In this document: piece by piece, positions 27,885-37,673 of the stretch
Numbering within the stretch: position 1 is the stretch's first letter
Layout: each line of letters starts with the position of its first letter
DNA from: a bacterium
GTDB lineage: Bacteria; Zhuqueibacterota; Zhuqueibacteria; Residuimicrobiales; Krinioviventaceae
NCBI GenBank assembly: GCA_963693055.1
Contig: OY843751.1
Span: forward strand, 256,001-320,000
Reading direction: 5' to 3'
Length of the DNA stretch: 64,000 nucleotides
Notes under the pieces: generated by a model
Told to the model about the DNA's origin: nothing
Databases searched by the model: none
What the model saw: only the letters and a program-made list of their open reading frames with translations
Made by a program: the position numbers and the translations under genes

Positions 27885-29735
27885 TTGAAAAAAACAGTAT
27901 TGGTAGTATTTATTCTTTTGGTATTCGGTTTTAACGCAATGGCGCAGGTTGACATGCCGCTGCTTGAAAATCCCATGTCGGTCAAGTACCTGAAAAAGCA
28001 TTTAGAGAAAAACCGTCCTCGCCTGGTCTTGAATCCAAAAAATGAAAAGATTCTAAAAAAGAAATTAAAATCTGATCCGGTTGTGCAGAATGTATACAAG
28101 GGCATAAAGTATAGCGCTGATAATATTTATGATCAGCCTTTGCTCGAACGGGTCATGACGGGTAAGCGACTCTTGTCAGTGTCGCGGCGATTTTTAAATC
28201 GTATGAACATGCTGGGTATGGTGTATTATGTTGAAAAAGATAAAAAGGCACTAGATCGCATTGATCAGGAATTGCAGGCGGTTTGCAGTTTTACGGATTG
28301 GAATCCTTCTCACTTTTTGGATGTCTCCGAGATGGCTTTGGGTGTTGCTCTTGCACTGGACTGGACGGATGGAGACCTGCCGCAGGCAACTATTGATTCA
28401 GCGCATGTGGCGCTCATTAAAAAGGGATTAATGCCCAGTTTTGAACCCGGAGTAACCTGGATCTATGGTATCAACAACTGGAACCAGGTTTGCCATTGCG
28501 GAATGGTGGCTGCTGCTATTGAAATTGCCGAGATTGATCCCGAGCTGGCTTCTAACACCATCTCCCGCGCGCTCGACAACATGCCGCATGCATTAAAAGA
28601 ATACGGTGCCGATGGTGTTTATCCCGAAGGTGCAACCTATTGGGGATACGGTACCGGATTTACAGTTATGACTGCTGCTATGCTGCAAAGCGCGTTGGGT
28701 ACAGATTTTGGCCTTGCCGACTATCGAGGACTAAAAGAAAGCGCCATGTTCAAAGTGGTTATGGAAGCGCCATCCGGTCAGTATTTCAACTATGGTGATT
28801 GTGGCGATTATAGCAGCAAAAACGGAGATATTTTTTTGGCCTGGTTTGCTGTACAAACGGGTAATGGTGCGTTTTATCAAAGAGACCGGTTTTTGCGTCC
28901 CGCAAAAGAGATGGGTGGAATTTCCCGGTTAGGCGGTGCAGGTCTGGTTTGGTTATCTCAATTTAATGAAAAAAGCGAAACTCAGATCCCCAATGTATTT
29001 GCAGATTCGGGAAGGACCCCGGTTGTGGTTTTTCAGGGAGGAAAAGAAGATCCGCGTCAATTCTATCTGGCCACCAAAGGGGGCCGTGCCGGAGATAACC
29101 ATGGCAATATGGATATCGGTTCTTTTGTCTTTGAACTGGATGGTGAACGCTGGGTGGTTGATCCCGGCAACCAGGATTACTATGATCTGGAAAAAACAGG
29201 ATTTGATTTGTGGAGTCACAAACAAGGATCACAACGATGGACGCTACTGACCAAAGGCAACCACGGCCACAGTACCATAACAGTGAACGATCTTCCGCAC
29301 CAGGTAGACGGACGCTGTAACCTGCTCGACTTAAAAACCGGTGATACTCCCGCAGCAACCCTGGATATGCAGCCCACATTGGGAGCCTATGTGAAAAGTG
29401 CAGAGCGTACGTTTATTCAAGATACTCCTGCGTCTTTGACCATTAAAGACCAGATTGCACTGACAGACTCGACCGAGAGCATTGTATGGCAGCTCATCAC
29501 CAAAGCCGATGTAGAGATTGTTGATGGGGGTGCAGTATTGACGCAGAACGGAAAATCATTGAAACTGGAGACCTTGTCGCATCCTGAATTAATGGTATCC
29601 GTGATCTCACTGTATCCAGCTCCCATGGAGCTTGATAAGCAAATTGAGGGACTGAAACGGATCGAGATCCGTATACCCGCGTATACAGTAAAAGATGATA
29701 ATCTTGAACTGGTAACCCGGTTGAGTGGAATATAA
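27885..29735 (+). CDS. Heparinase II/III-family polysaccharide lyase-like protein
   Basis: 'WNPSHFLD', 'NNWNQVC', 'YPEGATYWGYG', 'NHGNMDIGSF...WVVDPG', 'HSTITVN'. Confidence 0.85.
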   Translation: MKKTVLVVFILLVFGFNAMAQVDMPLLENPMSVKYLKKHLEKNRPRLVLNPKNEKILKKKLKSDPVVQNVYKGIKYSADNIYDQPLLERVMTGKRLLSVSRRFLNRMNMLGMVYYVEKDKKALDRIDQELQAVCSFTDWNPSHFLDVSEMALGVALALDWTDGDLPQATIDSAHVALIKKGLMPSFEPGVTWIYGINNWNQVCHCGMVAAAIEIAEIDPELASNTISRALDNMPHALKEYGADGVYPEGATYWGYGTGFTVMTAAMLQSALGTDFGLADYRGLKESAMFKVVMEAPSGQYFNYGDCGDYSSKNGDIFLAWFAVQTGNGAFYQRDRFLRPAKEMGGISRLGGAGLVWLSQFNEKSETQIPNVFADSGRTPVVVFQGGKEDPRQFYLATKGGRAGDNHGNMDIGSFVFELDGERWVVDPGNQDYYDLEKTGFDLWSHKQGSQRWTLLTKGNHGHSTITVNDLPHQVDGRCNLLDLKTGDTPAATLDMQPTLGAYVKSAERTFIQDTPASLTIKDQIALTDSTESIVWQLITKADVEIVDGGAVLTQNGKSLKLETLSHPELMVSVISLYPAPMELDKQIEGLKRIEIRIPAYTVKDDNLELVTRLSGI

Positions 29736-29886
29736 TAAACGTAAATTTTATCCCTGGATTTCTAGAGTCAGATAAATTATTGCCTGTTGTGTAGTGTATT
29801 AAACACAACAGGCAATGAAAATGGAACAATCATACAGTCAACTCATTAAAGGTTTTATCTTGTAAAACTAAATTAGGGAGGCTGCT

Positions 29887-30336
29887 ATGATTAAAGATTC
29901 TTTAACTATCTTTGCATGTGTACTGTTATTTTCTGCAACGGCTATGCCCAGTATTAGTTCAATTTATTCTCCATACGATTATGGGAATGATCATTTTTCT
30001 GAAAATGTGATTGTTAGTGTGCAAATTACTGATAAAGGTTTGTATAATCTTGTCGTATCGATTCAAACATTAGAAAAACCGTCTTCATATAAATATTCTA
30101 ATACATATAGAGAAATGATGCGTCGGTTTATGGTTGACGCGCGAGGAATTACTACCCAAAAGATATTGAATCGTAATGAACTGTCTGTAAGTGATTTTGC
30201 TGCCTTACGGGAAGAGATTGATGCGGAACTGTCCAAGCTTGCGGATGTTTTAGTATATAAATATTTTCCAAACAGGCATATGAATCTGGTATATTCTATA
30301 TCTGATTTTTTTCTTCTCAAACCAGGGGATTATTAG
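29887..30336 (+). CDS. Hypothetical secreted protein
   Basis: GGGAGG RBS and signal-like N-terminus; no recognisable motif. Confidence 0.6.
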   Translation: MIKDSLTIFACVLLFSATAMPSISSIYSPYDYGNDHFSENVIVSVQITDKGLYNLVVSIQTLEKPSSYKYSNTYREMMRRFMVDARGITTQKILNRNELSVSDFAALREEIDAELSKLADVLVYKYFPNRHMNLVYSISDFFLLKPGDY

Positions 30337-30413
30337 TCTTTTGTAGTATCTGGTGGGTATAACAAGGGAATTTCCAAGTAGTGAATGTTTAATTAATTAA
30401 AAAAAGGGGAAGT

Positions 30414-31112
30414 ATGATGAGAAAAATCATAAAAAACTTTTATTGCAATAGAAAAAATATAAGCAGATTGTTCTCACATAAAGTTGTAATTGTTATCCTG
30501 ATTTGTTCTTTATCATGGATTGGATGTTTTTCCGGTAAAGGTGTAAGAATTGATTCTTCAGACGTCTGTGTGGAAATGGAGAATTATACTCTTGATTTAA
30601 CTAAAGCCGATGCAAGTGGGTTTCTTGAAGGCTGGTTTTTGAATGTGATTGGAGGAGATTATCAGGTTGTAAGTATTAATAAAGAACATATCAATAATAC
30701 ATTTGAAATGTCATTTCAAATCCAGCCCCTGGAAGTATCATTGGTTAAAGATATACCCATCGGTCAGCTTGCCCGGGAATATGCACAGCATGAAATCGAT
30801 GGGATGATTGAATATGGTGTTAATACCGGAATGTATAGCTTGTCAAAAGAAATGTCATTTGATTCTTTAAATGTTGAGGGAAAGGATTTTTATCGGTTAA
30901 GCTATATTACAATGGGTGCCGGTAGAAATAATTATGCGTATTTGTATTTACATTTTCCGGGAAATAGAAAAGATTATATTTTTATTTCACTCTATGCTGA
31001 AGTAAAAGACTCTGTTGGTTATAATAAAAGCTCAAAAATACTATATAAAGAAGAATTTGAAAAAATACTACCCAAAATAATATTTCATCATTCAAACACG
31101 AATACCATTTAA
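30414..31112 (+). CDS. Hypothetical lipoprotein
   Basis: Hydrophobic stretch ending 'WIGC'; AT-rich ORF with an RBS. Confidence 0.55.
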   Translation: MMRKIIKNFYCNRKNISRLFSHKVVIVILICSLSWIGCFSGKGVRIDSSDVCVEMENYTLDLTKADASGFLEGWFLNVIGGDYQVVSINKEHINNTFEMSFQIQPLEVSLVKDIPIGQLAREYAQHEIDGMIEYGVNTGMYSLSKEMSFDSLNVEGKDFYRLSYITMGAGRNNYAYLYLHFPGNRKDYIFISLYAEVKDSVGYNKSSKILYKEEFEKILPKIIFHHSNTNTI

Positions 31113-31361
31113 TTTCATTAAGCAAAATAAATTCTATTATTTGCCAATTGTGTCTAAAATGAAGAGTTAAAAAGGCACAATTGGTAATTATTATGGGAAC
31201 CCGTTAAATTTATTTATGTTTAAAATTAAACAACACTCGAGTATTAATGATTAAAGAATTTGAATGCTGGTTAAAAGTAATTTTCCTGTGTTTGTTTGAT
31301 TCAGGTAAATCACCTTGTTGCTTTTAAAAGACAATTTTTACAATGTTTGCGGGAGGTCCAT

Positions 31362-32165
31362 TTGAAAAAAGTTGTGCTTAATTTAGCCTTGTTGGTTTTG
31401 ATTCTTTCTCAATTGGCTTTGTCGAGATCTTTTGATACAGAGACTTTATTTTCTATAAATAAATCTCAATATCTGCCAATGGAACCGGTTATTTTTAATT
31501 ACAGGTTATATAATTATAGCAAATATGGACCACGTCTGAATGATTTAATGGTTACTCAATTTCTTGTTTTGGACAATGTTACATTAAATAAAGATTACAG
31601 TTCGAATTTACGTATTTCTGCTGATTGGAGCAAAGTTGAGCCCATGAGAAAAGGGGACAGCCTGGCTGTTATTGATTTGAATCTGCTTAAAGACTTTGGA
31701 GAAGATGATTGGTTTAAAGATTTTTACATGTTGTATTTACCTCCCGGAACATATAAAGTAAACATTAAGGGGCCGATTCAAAAGTTTGAAAAGGACAATC
31801 TTTCATTTACAGTTGTTGAGCCCGAAGGTGATGACAAAGAAGCCTTTGAATTGTTGAAAATGGGTTACACTGCTAAAAAGAATAACAATTATCAAAAATA
31901 TATAGACTGTCTGGATAGTTTGACTAATACGTTTCCTAATAGTGTCTACTCGGAGATCGCTTCTTACAGCAAGGTATTTACGTTGCTGCTGGATAAAACC
32001 AATACAGATACTGAATTGATTAAAAATTATGTGTCAGATTTTATCAATACATATCCGGATAGTTACTATATTAAAGATTTACTAAACTGGACACATTATG
32101 CCTTTGAAAGACTGAATAAGAAAGACCAAGGAAAGGCTTTTCTTGCCAGTATCTGCACAAAATAA
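31362..32165 (+). CDS. Hypothetical secreted protein (Ig-like domain plus helical repeats)
   Basis: TTG start after GGGAGG, signal peptide, 'LPPGTYKV' Ig-like motif, 'FPNSVYS' and 'YPDSYY' TPR-like motifs. Confidence 0.55.
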   Translation: MKKVVLNLALLVLILSQLALSRSFDTETLFSINKSQYLPMEPVIFNYRLYNYSKYGPRLNDLMVTQFLVLDNVTLNKDYSSNLRISADWSKVEPMRKGDSLAVIDLNLLKDFGEDDWFKDFYMLYLPPGTYKVNIKGPIQKFEKDNLSFTVVEPEGDDKEAFELLKMGYTAKKNNNYQKYIDCLDSLTNTFPNSVYSEIASYSKVFTLLLDKTNTDTELIKNYVSDFINTYPDSYYIKDLLNWTHYAFERLNKKDQGKAFLASICTK

Positions 32166-32280
32166 GGAGATATTGTAAAATAACTTTAATTTTTCTTGTG
32201 GTTTTTCAATTATGTGAGAAATAAATGATAAATTGCTTGATTGTTTCTGAAAAAAATCCCTTATTTGAATATACCAGTCC

Positions 32281-32343
32281 TTAGGATGCAAGCTGAAGCA
32301 TCACAAAGGAGTATTTAACGAGATGCGCTTAAGCGCATCCTGC
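32281..32343. repeat. Degenerate REP doublet in the HU leader
   Basis: TAGGATGCAAGCTGAAGCATC ... GATGCGCTTAAGCGCATCCTGC resembles the REP doublets at 17553 and 22560. Confidence 0.65.
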
Positions 32344-32398
32344 AATCGTGCTGACTCTGGCAGGGGGAGGCACATCATTAATTTTCAAGGAGGGCTGA

Positions 32399-32671
32399 AT
32401 GAATAAAGCTGAACTTGTTACCAAGGTTGCTGAAATTACGGGGACTAAAAAATCAGCAAAAGAAGCTGTTGACAAAGTTCTCTCCACCATTACCGAGGCA
32501 TTAAAAGCTGGTGAATCTGTGCCATTAATTGGATTTGGAACCTTTAAAGTTGTAGACAAACCCGCAAGACAGGGACGTAACCCCCTAACCGGTCAAACCA
32601 TTCAAATTGCAGCCAAAACAGTACCGAAATTCGTACCCGGAAAAGCACTCAAAGATGCTGTAAATAAATAA
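32399..32671 (+). CDS. hup: DNA-binding protein HU
   Basis: 'MNKAEL...GFGTF...RQGRNPLTG...PKFVPGKALKDAV'. Confidence 0.97.
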   Translation: MNKAELVTKVAEITGTKKSAKEAVDKVLSTITEALKAGESVPLIGFGTFKVVDKPARQGRNPLTGQTIQIAAKTVPKFVPGKALKDAVNK

Positions 32672-32675
32672 TCTT

Positions 32676-32706
32676 AAAAAATGCCGGAGGACATCCGGCA
32701 TTTTTT
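32676..32706 (+). terminator. Intrinsic terminator after HU
   Basis: AAAAAATGCCGGA-GGACA-TCCGGCATTTTTT. Confidence 0.9.
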
Positions 32707-32850
32707 ATTTTTATTTCATGGGCTTTCGTTTTGATTATATTCAAATAACACCAGTTTATCCTGTTATAGAATAATTCGTTCTTGAAAAATAATGTTACTT
32801 GTTATCAAAAGTCACATAATAAATATTGAATGCATGGATTGGAACCAGAT

Positions 32851-33705
32851 ATGAAAACATTATTATTAAAATTATGGGATGCTTTTGGTCATTTTATAGG
32901 CAGGTTGACCGGCAAATATTATTGGGAAGATTATATACGGGTTTATCCGGATGGACTCTGCATTAACCGGCGAGGTTTAAAACGGGCCCCTACTCAAAAT
33001 GATATTAATAATTATTTGAATCATCGCAAATTCTATAATTTTGTTTCTCAATTTGTAAAAGAAAAAACTGTTGCCGATATCGGTTGCGGCAGCGGCTATG
33101 GTTCGGATATCATGCGGCAGGCTGGTGCCAAAGCGGTCTTTGGCGCGGATGTGTCCAAACATGCTGTCCGATTTGCTAAAAACAGATACCGTGATATCCA
33201 TTTCAGCCTGCAAAGTATTACCGATTTGAAACACTATGCTGATAATCAATTTGATGTAATAATTTGCAGTGAAGTATTGGAACACATTAAAGAGTATAAC
33301 AAGGAACAGGATGCCATAAAAGAGCTGGCAAGAGTGACCAAAAAAAGCGGACTGATTATTTTGGGTACGCCTAACAGCGAGCTGTTGGGAGATCATGGTT
33401 TCACTTTTCAAGAAATGGATGCGTTGATGCAATCCCATTTTAATCAATTTGTTATATTTGAAAACGCACTGGTGCCTGCGGGTCAGTTTCGTGACAACTG
33501 GCAGCAGCGTCTGGACAAGGGGCAGACCGGCATTATTGTGTCTGAAAAGATTAATCTTGCCGAGACAGTAAAACTGGAGGATGAATCTCTGGAAGTAAAA
33601 GCAGGTATTGAACCGGGGATGTTTCAATTGGGTGATCTGGAAATTAATACAACCTTGTTACACAATACACATTCCTGGGTGGTTATTGCGATAAATAATA
33701 AATAG
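32851..33705 (+). CDS. Class I SAM-dependent methyltransferase
   Basis: 'VADIGCGSGYG', 'FDVIICSEVLEHI', 'GLIILGTPN'. Confidence 0.9.
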   Translation: MKTLLLKLWDAFGHFIGRLTGKYYWEDYIRVYPDGLCINRRGLKRAPTQNDINNYLNHRKFYNFVSQFVKEKTVADIGCGSGYGSDIMRQAGAKAVFGADVSKHAVRFAKNRYRDIHFSLQSITDLKHYADNQFDVIICSEVLEHIKEYNKEQDAIKELARVTKKSGLIILGTPNSELLGDHGFTFQEMDALMQSHFNQFVIFENALVPAGQFRDNWQQRLDKGQTGIIVSEKINLAETVKLEDESLEVKAGIEPGMFQLGDLEINTTLLHNTHSWVVIAINNK

Positions 33706-33744
33706 CCGGAATGATTCAACTCTGAATAAAGAAAGGAAATTGTT

Positions 33745-34314
33745 TTGACATATAAAGAGCTATTAACAGCACGACGTTCCATACGGAAATATGAGGAAAA
33801 ATCCGTACCTTTGGAAACCATCAAAGAATTGATTGCCGAGAGTACTTTTGCTCCGAACGCGGGGAATGAACAGCCGTGGAAAATTATTGTTGTTCAGGAT
33901 AAAGCATTAATGAAACGCATGTCTGACGATAGCAAGAAGAACATCCTGGAACGTATCCGTGCGAATCCTGATAATTATGCAAAGAAATATGATACCATGC
34001 TTAGCAATCCTGCATATAATGTGTATTATAATGCGCCTTGCCTGGTTCTGGTTTTGGGGCTTTCACATTTGAAAAATGTACAGATTGATTGTACTTTGGC
34101 TGCTAGCTATTTTATGATGGGTGCGGCAGACAGGGGATTAGGCACTTGCTGGGTGAATCTGGGCGGTGTTATCAAAGATACTGATCTGGTAAAAGTGTTG
34201 GGTATTCCGGAGGATTGTCAAATTGTTGCCCCTATTATTATAGGTTATCCCGATCAAAATGCCCATGTACCCAAACGCAAAGATCCTGAAATTCTCACTA
34301 TACTCAACGAATAA
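33745..34314 (+). CDS. Nitroreductase family protein
   Basis: 'RRSIRKY', 'APNAGNEQPW', 'GLGTCWV', 'IGYP'. Confidence 0.92.
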   Translation: MTYKELLTARRSIRKYEEKSVPLETIKELIAESTFAPNAGNEQPWKIIVVQDKALMKRMSDDSKKNILERIRANPDNYAKKYDTMLSNPAYNVYYNAPCLVLVLGLSHLKNVQIDCTLAASYFMMGAADRGLGTCWVNLGGVIKDTDLVKVLGIPEDCQIVAPIIIGYPDQNAHVPKRKDPEILTILNE

Positions 34315-34335
34315 GCAGGTCAAGGGGGGCTTAAA

Positions 34336-35085
34336 ATGAAACCGGGAATTTTGATCATGTTATTATTTATACCAGGCTCACAATCATCTGCAACGGACAA
34401 GGATTTTTTAGACTATCAATTGCAGTTTGAGCGTGTACATAAAGCCCAATCCACTAAACTATTGGTTTTGGAAAAATCCTTTCAATCGGCGGGCCTGGAA
34501 TTCCCTCCAAAAGAGATGTTTATCCGGATTTTCAAAAAAGAAGGAACCGTTGAATTGTGGGCCAGATCCTCTGAAACCGAAGCCTTTTGTTTTATTAAAT
34601 CGTGGCCGTTTTGCAAAAACTCGGGCAAGCTGGGGCCAAAACGCCGTGAGGGAGATTTGCAAATACCTGAAGGATTTTATCATATTGTCAATTTTAATCC
34701 AACCAGTAAATTTTATTTATCTTTACGGATCAACTATCCCAATGCTTCGGATAAAATTTTGGGTGACCCGGAAAAGCCCGGAGGAGATATTTATATTCAT
34801 GGCGGTTGTCAGACCCAGGGGTGCATTCCCATTTGGGATGACGAGATTCAGGAATTGTATTTAGCTGCGGTATATGCAAAATCACAGGGGCAGGAAAAAA
34901 TACCCGTACATATTTTTCCAATTCATTTCACAGATACGCATATGCGGGTGTTTGAAAAGATCAGCAACAAAAAGGATATAAGATTTTGGAAAAATCTTGA
35001 AAAAGGATACAAATATTTTGAAAAATATCGCATATTACCGGAAATTTCTGTAGATTTAAATACAGGAGATTATATTATCCAATAA
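34336..35085 (+). CDS. L,D-transpeptidase/YkuD-family protein (YafK-like)
   Basis: 'GPKRREGDLQIPEGFY', 'SLRINYPN', catalytic 'IYIHGGCQTQGCI'. Confidence 0.88.
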   Translation: MKPGILIMLLFIPGSQSSATDKDFLDYQLQFERVHKAQSTKLLVLEKSFQSAGLEFPPKEMFIRIFKKEGTVELWARSSETEAFCFIKSWPFCKNSGKLGPKRREGDLQIPEGFYHIVNFNPTSKFYLSLRINYPNASDKILGDPEKPGGDIYIHGGCQTQGCIPIWDDEIQELYLAAVYAKSQGQEKIPVHIFPIHFTDTHMRVFEKISNKKDIRFWKNLEKGYKYFEKYRILPEISVDLNTGDYIIQ

Positions 35086-35099
35086 AGAGGGGAGAAACA

Positions 35100-35624
35100 A
35101 TGGGCGTAACCATTCATTTCGAAGGACGATTAAAGGGAGAGCAGGCTTACGAACGCGTTATTGCTTCTGCAAAGGTTGTAGCCAGGGATATGGGGTGGTC
35201 TGTCAAAGAGATTTCAGAAACGCATACCACGCTGAAACGTGTAAAAAATCAAGAGACTTGGGACTATACAGGGCCTTCTAAAGGGGTGCAGTTTTTTCCG
35301 CACGAGTATTGTGAGCCCTTGCGGTTGGAATTTGACAGGGATTATTACATCCAGGAACACGTAAAAACCCAGTTTGCTCCAATAGAGATCCATGTGCTGG
35401 TTTGTGAATTTTTACATGCCATTGAACACGAGTTTGAACAATTGATTGTGGATGATGAGGGTGAATATTATAAAACAGCTAATGTGAATCGGCTTGCGCA
35501 ACATATCGATAAAATTTTTGATATGTTAAAAGAATATCTGGAAAAGGATGATAAATATTATGGTCCCATTCGTCTGGATAATGGACGAATTATAGACGTT
35601 ATGGGCAAAGATTCGGAAGAATAG
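35100..35624 (+). CDS. Hypothetical protein
   Basis: Good RBS; 'MGVTIHFEG...HEYCEPL...KTQFAP...DEGEYY'. Function unknown. Confidence 0.7.
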   Translation: MGVTIHFEGRLKGEQAYERVIASAKVVARDMGWSVKEISETHTTLKRVKNQETWDYTGPSKGVQFFPHEYCEPLRLEFDRDYYIQEHVKTQFAPIEIHVLVCEFLHAIEHEFEQLIVDDEGEYYKTANVNRLAQHIDKIFDMLKEYLEKDDKYYGPIRLDNGRIIDVMGKDSEE

Positions 35625-35650
35625 GGGTGCCCAATACAGGGGAATAGATT

Positions 35651-36619
35651 ATGTATACAGTAACTCGAATTGTAATGATAGTCATGTTGCTGCTCATCGG
35701 GGTTTTTCAAGCGCAGGGACAACAGCTATATTTTGCATCAGCTGAAAAAGCGCGGCAGATCTTGACATGTAAAGATGAGTATGTAAAGTGCCTGAGCCCG
35801 TTCGACATGTCGGCTCGTATGAAAACCGACCAGACTGTAACTTTGGAACAGTTTCTGGAACATTCCGGCAATGCGGCCATGGAATGGCAGGCGGATGAAC
35901 AGAAAATAGTAGAAAATGTATTTGAAAACATAAAGCCGGCGTTGGCCCCATTTGTGGCTTTGCTGCCGGATTCTATCATGATGATCAGAACTAACGGCCA
36001 GATTGAAGGAGGCTCTCCTTATACCCGCAGCAATGCAGTGGTATTTACACCCCAGGTCTTTACCCTGTCAGACAGCATTATGCAGGAGGTTCTGGCGCAT
36101 GAATTGTTTCATGTCATTACCCGTGCTCATCCACAGCTCAAGAGACAATTGTATAAAAGCATTGGATTTCACTATTGTGGAGAAATAAAATTTCCCGAGA
36201 TGTTAAAGGCCCGTAAAATGACGAATCCCGATGCTCCTTTTAATGACCATTGTATTCAGGTGAGTATTGCGGATGAACAGAAATGGGTAGTGCCTATACT
36301 CTATTCACGTACCGACAAATATAATACACAAACAGGTGGTGATATTTTCAGGTACATGTTTGTGGCGTTCCTGATGGTTGATTATACTCCGGGTGATAAC
36401 GGGACGGGCGAGTTGTATGATCCTCAAAATCTAAAGTTGGCAACATTTGATCAGCTTGAGGGATTTTATGAGCAGGTTGGGCATAATACGGAATATATCA
36501 TCCATCCGGAAGAGACCCTTGCTGATAATTTTTCATTAATGATATTGGGTGTTGAATCTTTGCCGTCTCCCGGGATTATTGAAAAAATACGACAGGTACT
36601 GATTAATTTCAAGATGTAA
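35651..36619 (+). CDS. Secreted putative zinc metallopeptidase
   Basis: Signal peptide, HExxH 'AHELFHV', distal 'HPEETLADNF'. Confidence 0.65.
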   Translation: MYTVTRIVMIVMLLLIGVFQAQGQQLYFASAEKARQILTCKDEYVKCLSPFDMSARMKTDQTVTLEQFLEHSGNAAMEWQADEQKIVENVFENIKPALAPFVALLPDSIMMIRTNGQIEGGSPYTRSNAVVFTPQVFTLSDSIMQEVLAHELFHVITRAHPQLKRQLYKSIGFHYCGEIKFPEMLKARKMTNPDAPFNDHCIQVSIADEQKWVVPILYSRTDKYNTQTGGDIFRYMFVAFLMVDYTPGDNGTGELYDPQNLKLATFDQLEGFYEQVGHNTEYIIHPEETLADNFSLMILGVESLPSPGIIEKIRQVLINFKM

Positions 36620-36699
36620 AATAGAATCCATTGTCGTTCAGATGTTTGATAATGGGATTCTGAATGTTAAAATGTTTTAATCCGTTGTTTGGAGGCGTT

Positions 36700-37593
36700 A
36701 TGTACAACGTTCAAATCGATAAAACCTTGTGTATTGCTTGCGGTATATGCGGACAAATTTGTCCCCGTCATATAGCGGAAATTGTAAAACAAGAAGATGA
36801 GAAATATACCCAAATTTCACCGGAACGTATACATTTGTGTATGGAATGCGGACATTGTGTTGCCGTTTGTCCAAATAACGCTATTTCAATGGATGGATTC
36901 TCGATGGATGAATATGGCCCCCTGCAAGCCATGAAAGTGGACAGTAATTCATTGCTCACGTTGATGAAGCAAAGACGTTCGGTGCGAAAGTACAAAGACA
37001 AACGGGTGCCGCGCGAGATTATTAACAAACTGGTAGATGCTGCGCAAACCTCTCCTACCGGCTCAGGGCACACGGCTACGGGTGTGATCATAATCGATGA
37101 TCCTGAAAAGCTTGTCCGGCTCTCTGAATTGAGTTATGATATGTATGAAGGATTGATCAAAGCGTTTAAAAATCCTGTTGCCCGGTTTTTTATAAAACAA
37201 AAAGTTGGTATTGAAAAATACAGTACGTTAAAAGATTTTGTGCTGCCGGGCATGCACTGGTATATCAAATGGTACCGGGAGGGCAAAAGCAACGAGATCT
37301 TGCGTGACAGTCCGGCAATCATGCTGTTCCACGCACCCAAACATGAACCGGTTGGCGCAGAGAACTGTCTTGTTACGGCTTTTCATGTCATCATGATGGC
37401 GCTGACTTTGGGCATAGGCACTTGCTTTAACGATCTGGTCCCTCCGGCCTGTAACCGCATGCCGGAGATCCGGCAACTGCTGGGACTCGCATCGGACCGG
37501 AATGTCTATGCCAGTGTAACGCTGGGATACCCCAAATATTCATTCCATAAAGTACCCCCGCGCAAGCTGGCGGATGTTCGGTATTTGGATTGA
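36700..37593 (+). CDS. Nitroreductase with N-terminal 2x[4Fe-4S] ferredoxin domain
   Basis: Two CxxCxxCxxxCP motifs, 'RRSVRKY', 'LGIGTC', 'LGYP'. Confidence 0.92.
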   Translation: MYNVQIDKTLCIACGICGQICPRHIAEIVKQEDEKYTQISPERIHLCMECGHCVAVCPNNAISMDGFSMDEYGPLQAMKVDSNSLLTLMKQRRSVRKYKDKRVPREIINKLVDAAQTSPTGSGHTATGVIIIDDPEKLVRLSELSYDMYEGLIKAFKNPVARFFIKQKVGIEKYSTLKDFVLPGMHWYIKWYREGKSNEILRDSPAIMLFHAPKHEPVGAENCLVTAFHVIMMALTLGIGTCFNDLVPPACNRMPEIRQLLGLASDRNVYASVTLGYPKYSFHKVPPRKLADVRYLD

Positions 37594-37673
37594 GATTTTT
37601 ATAGATACTGGTATCATGTTTGCAACCTTGATTAACCTCATAAAAACATAATGTTAATATCAAGGACAGAGAC

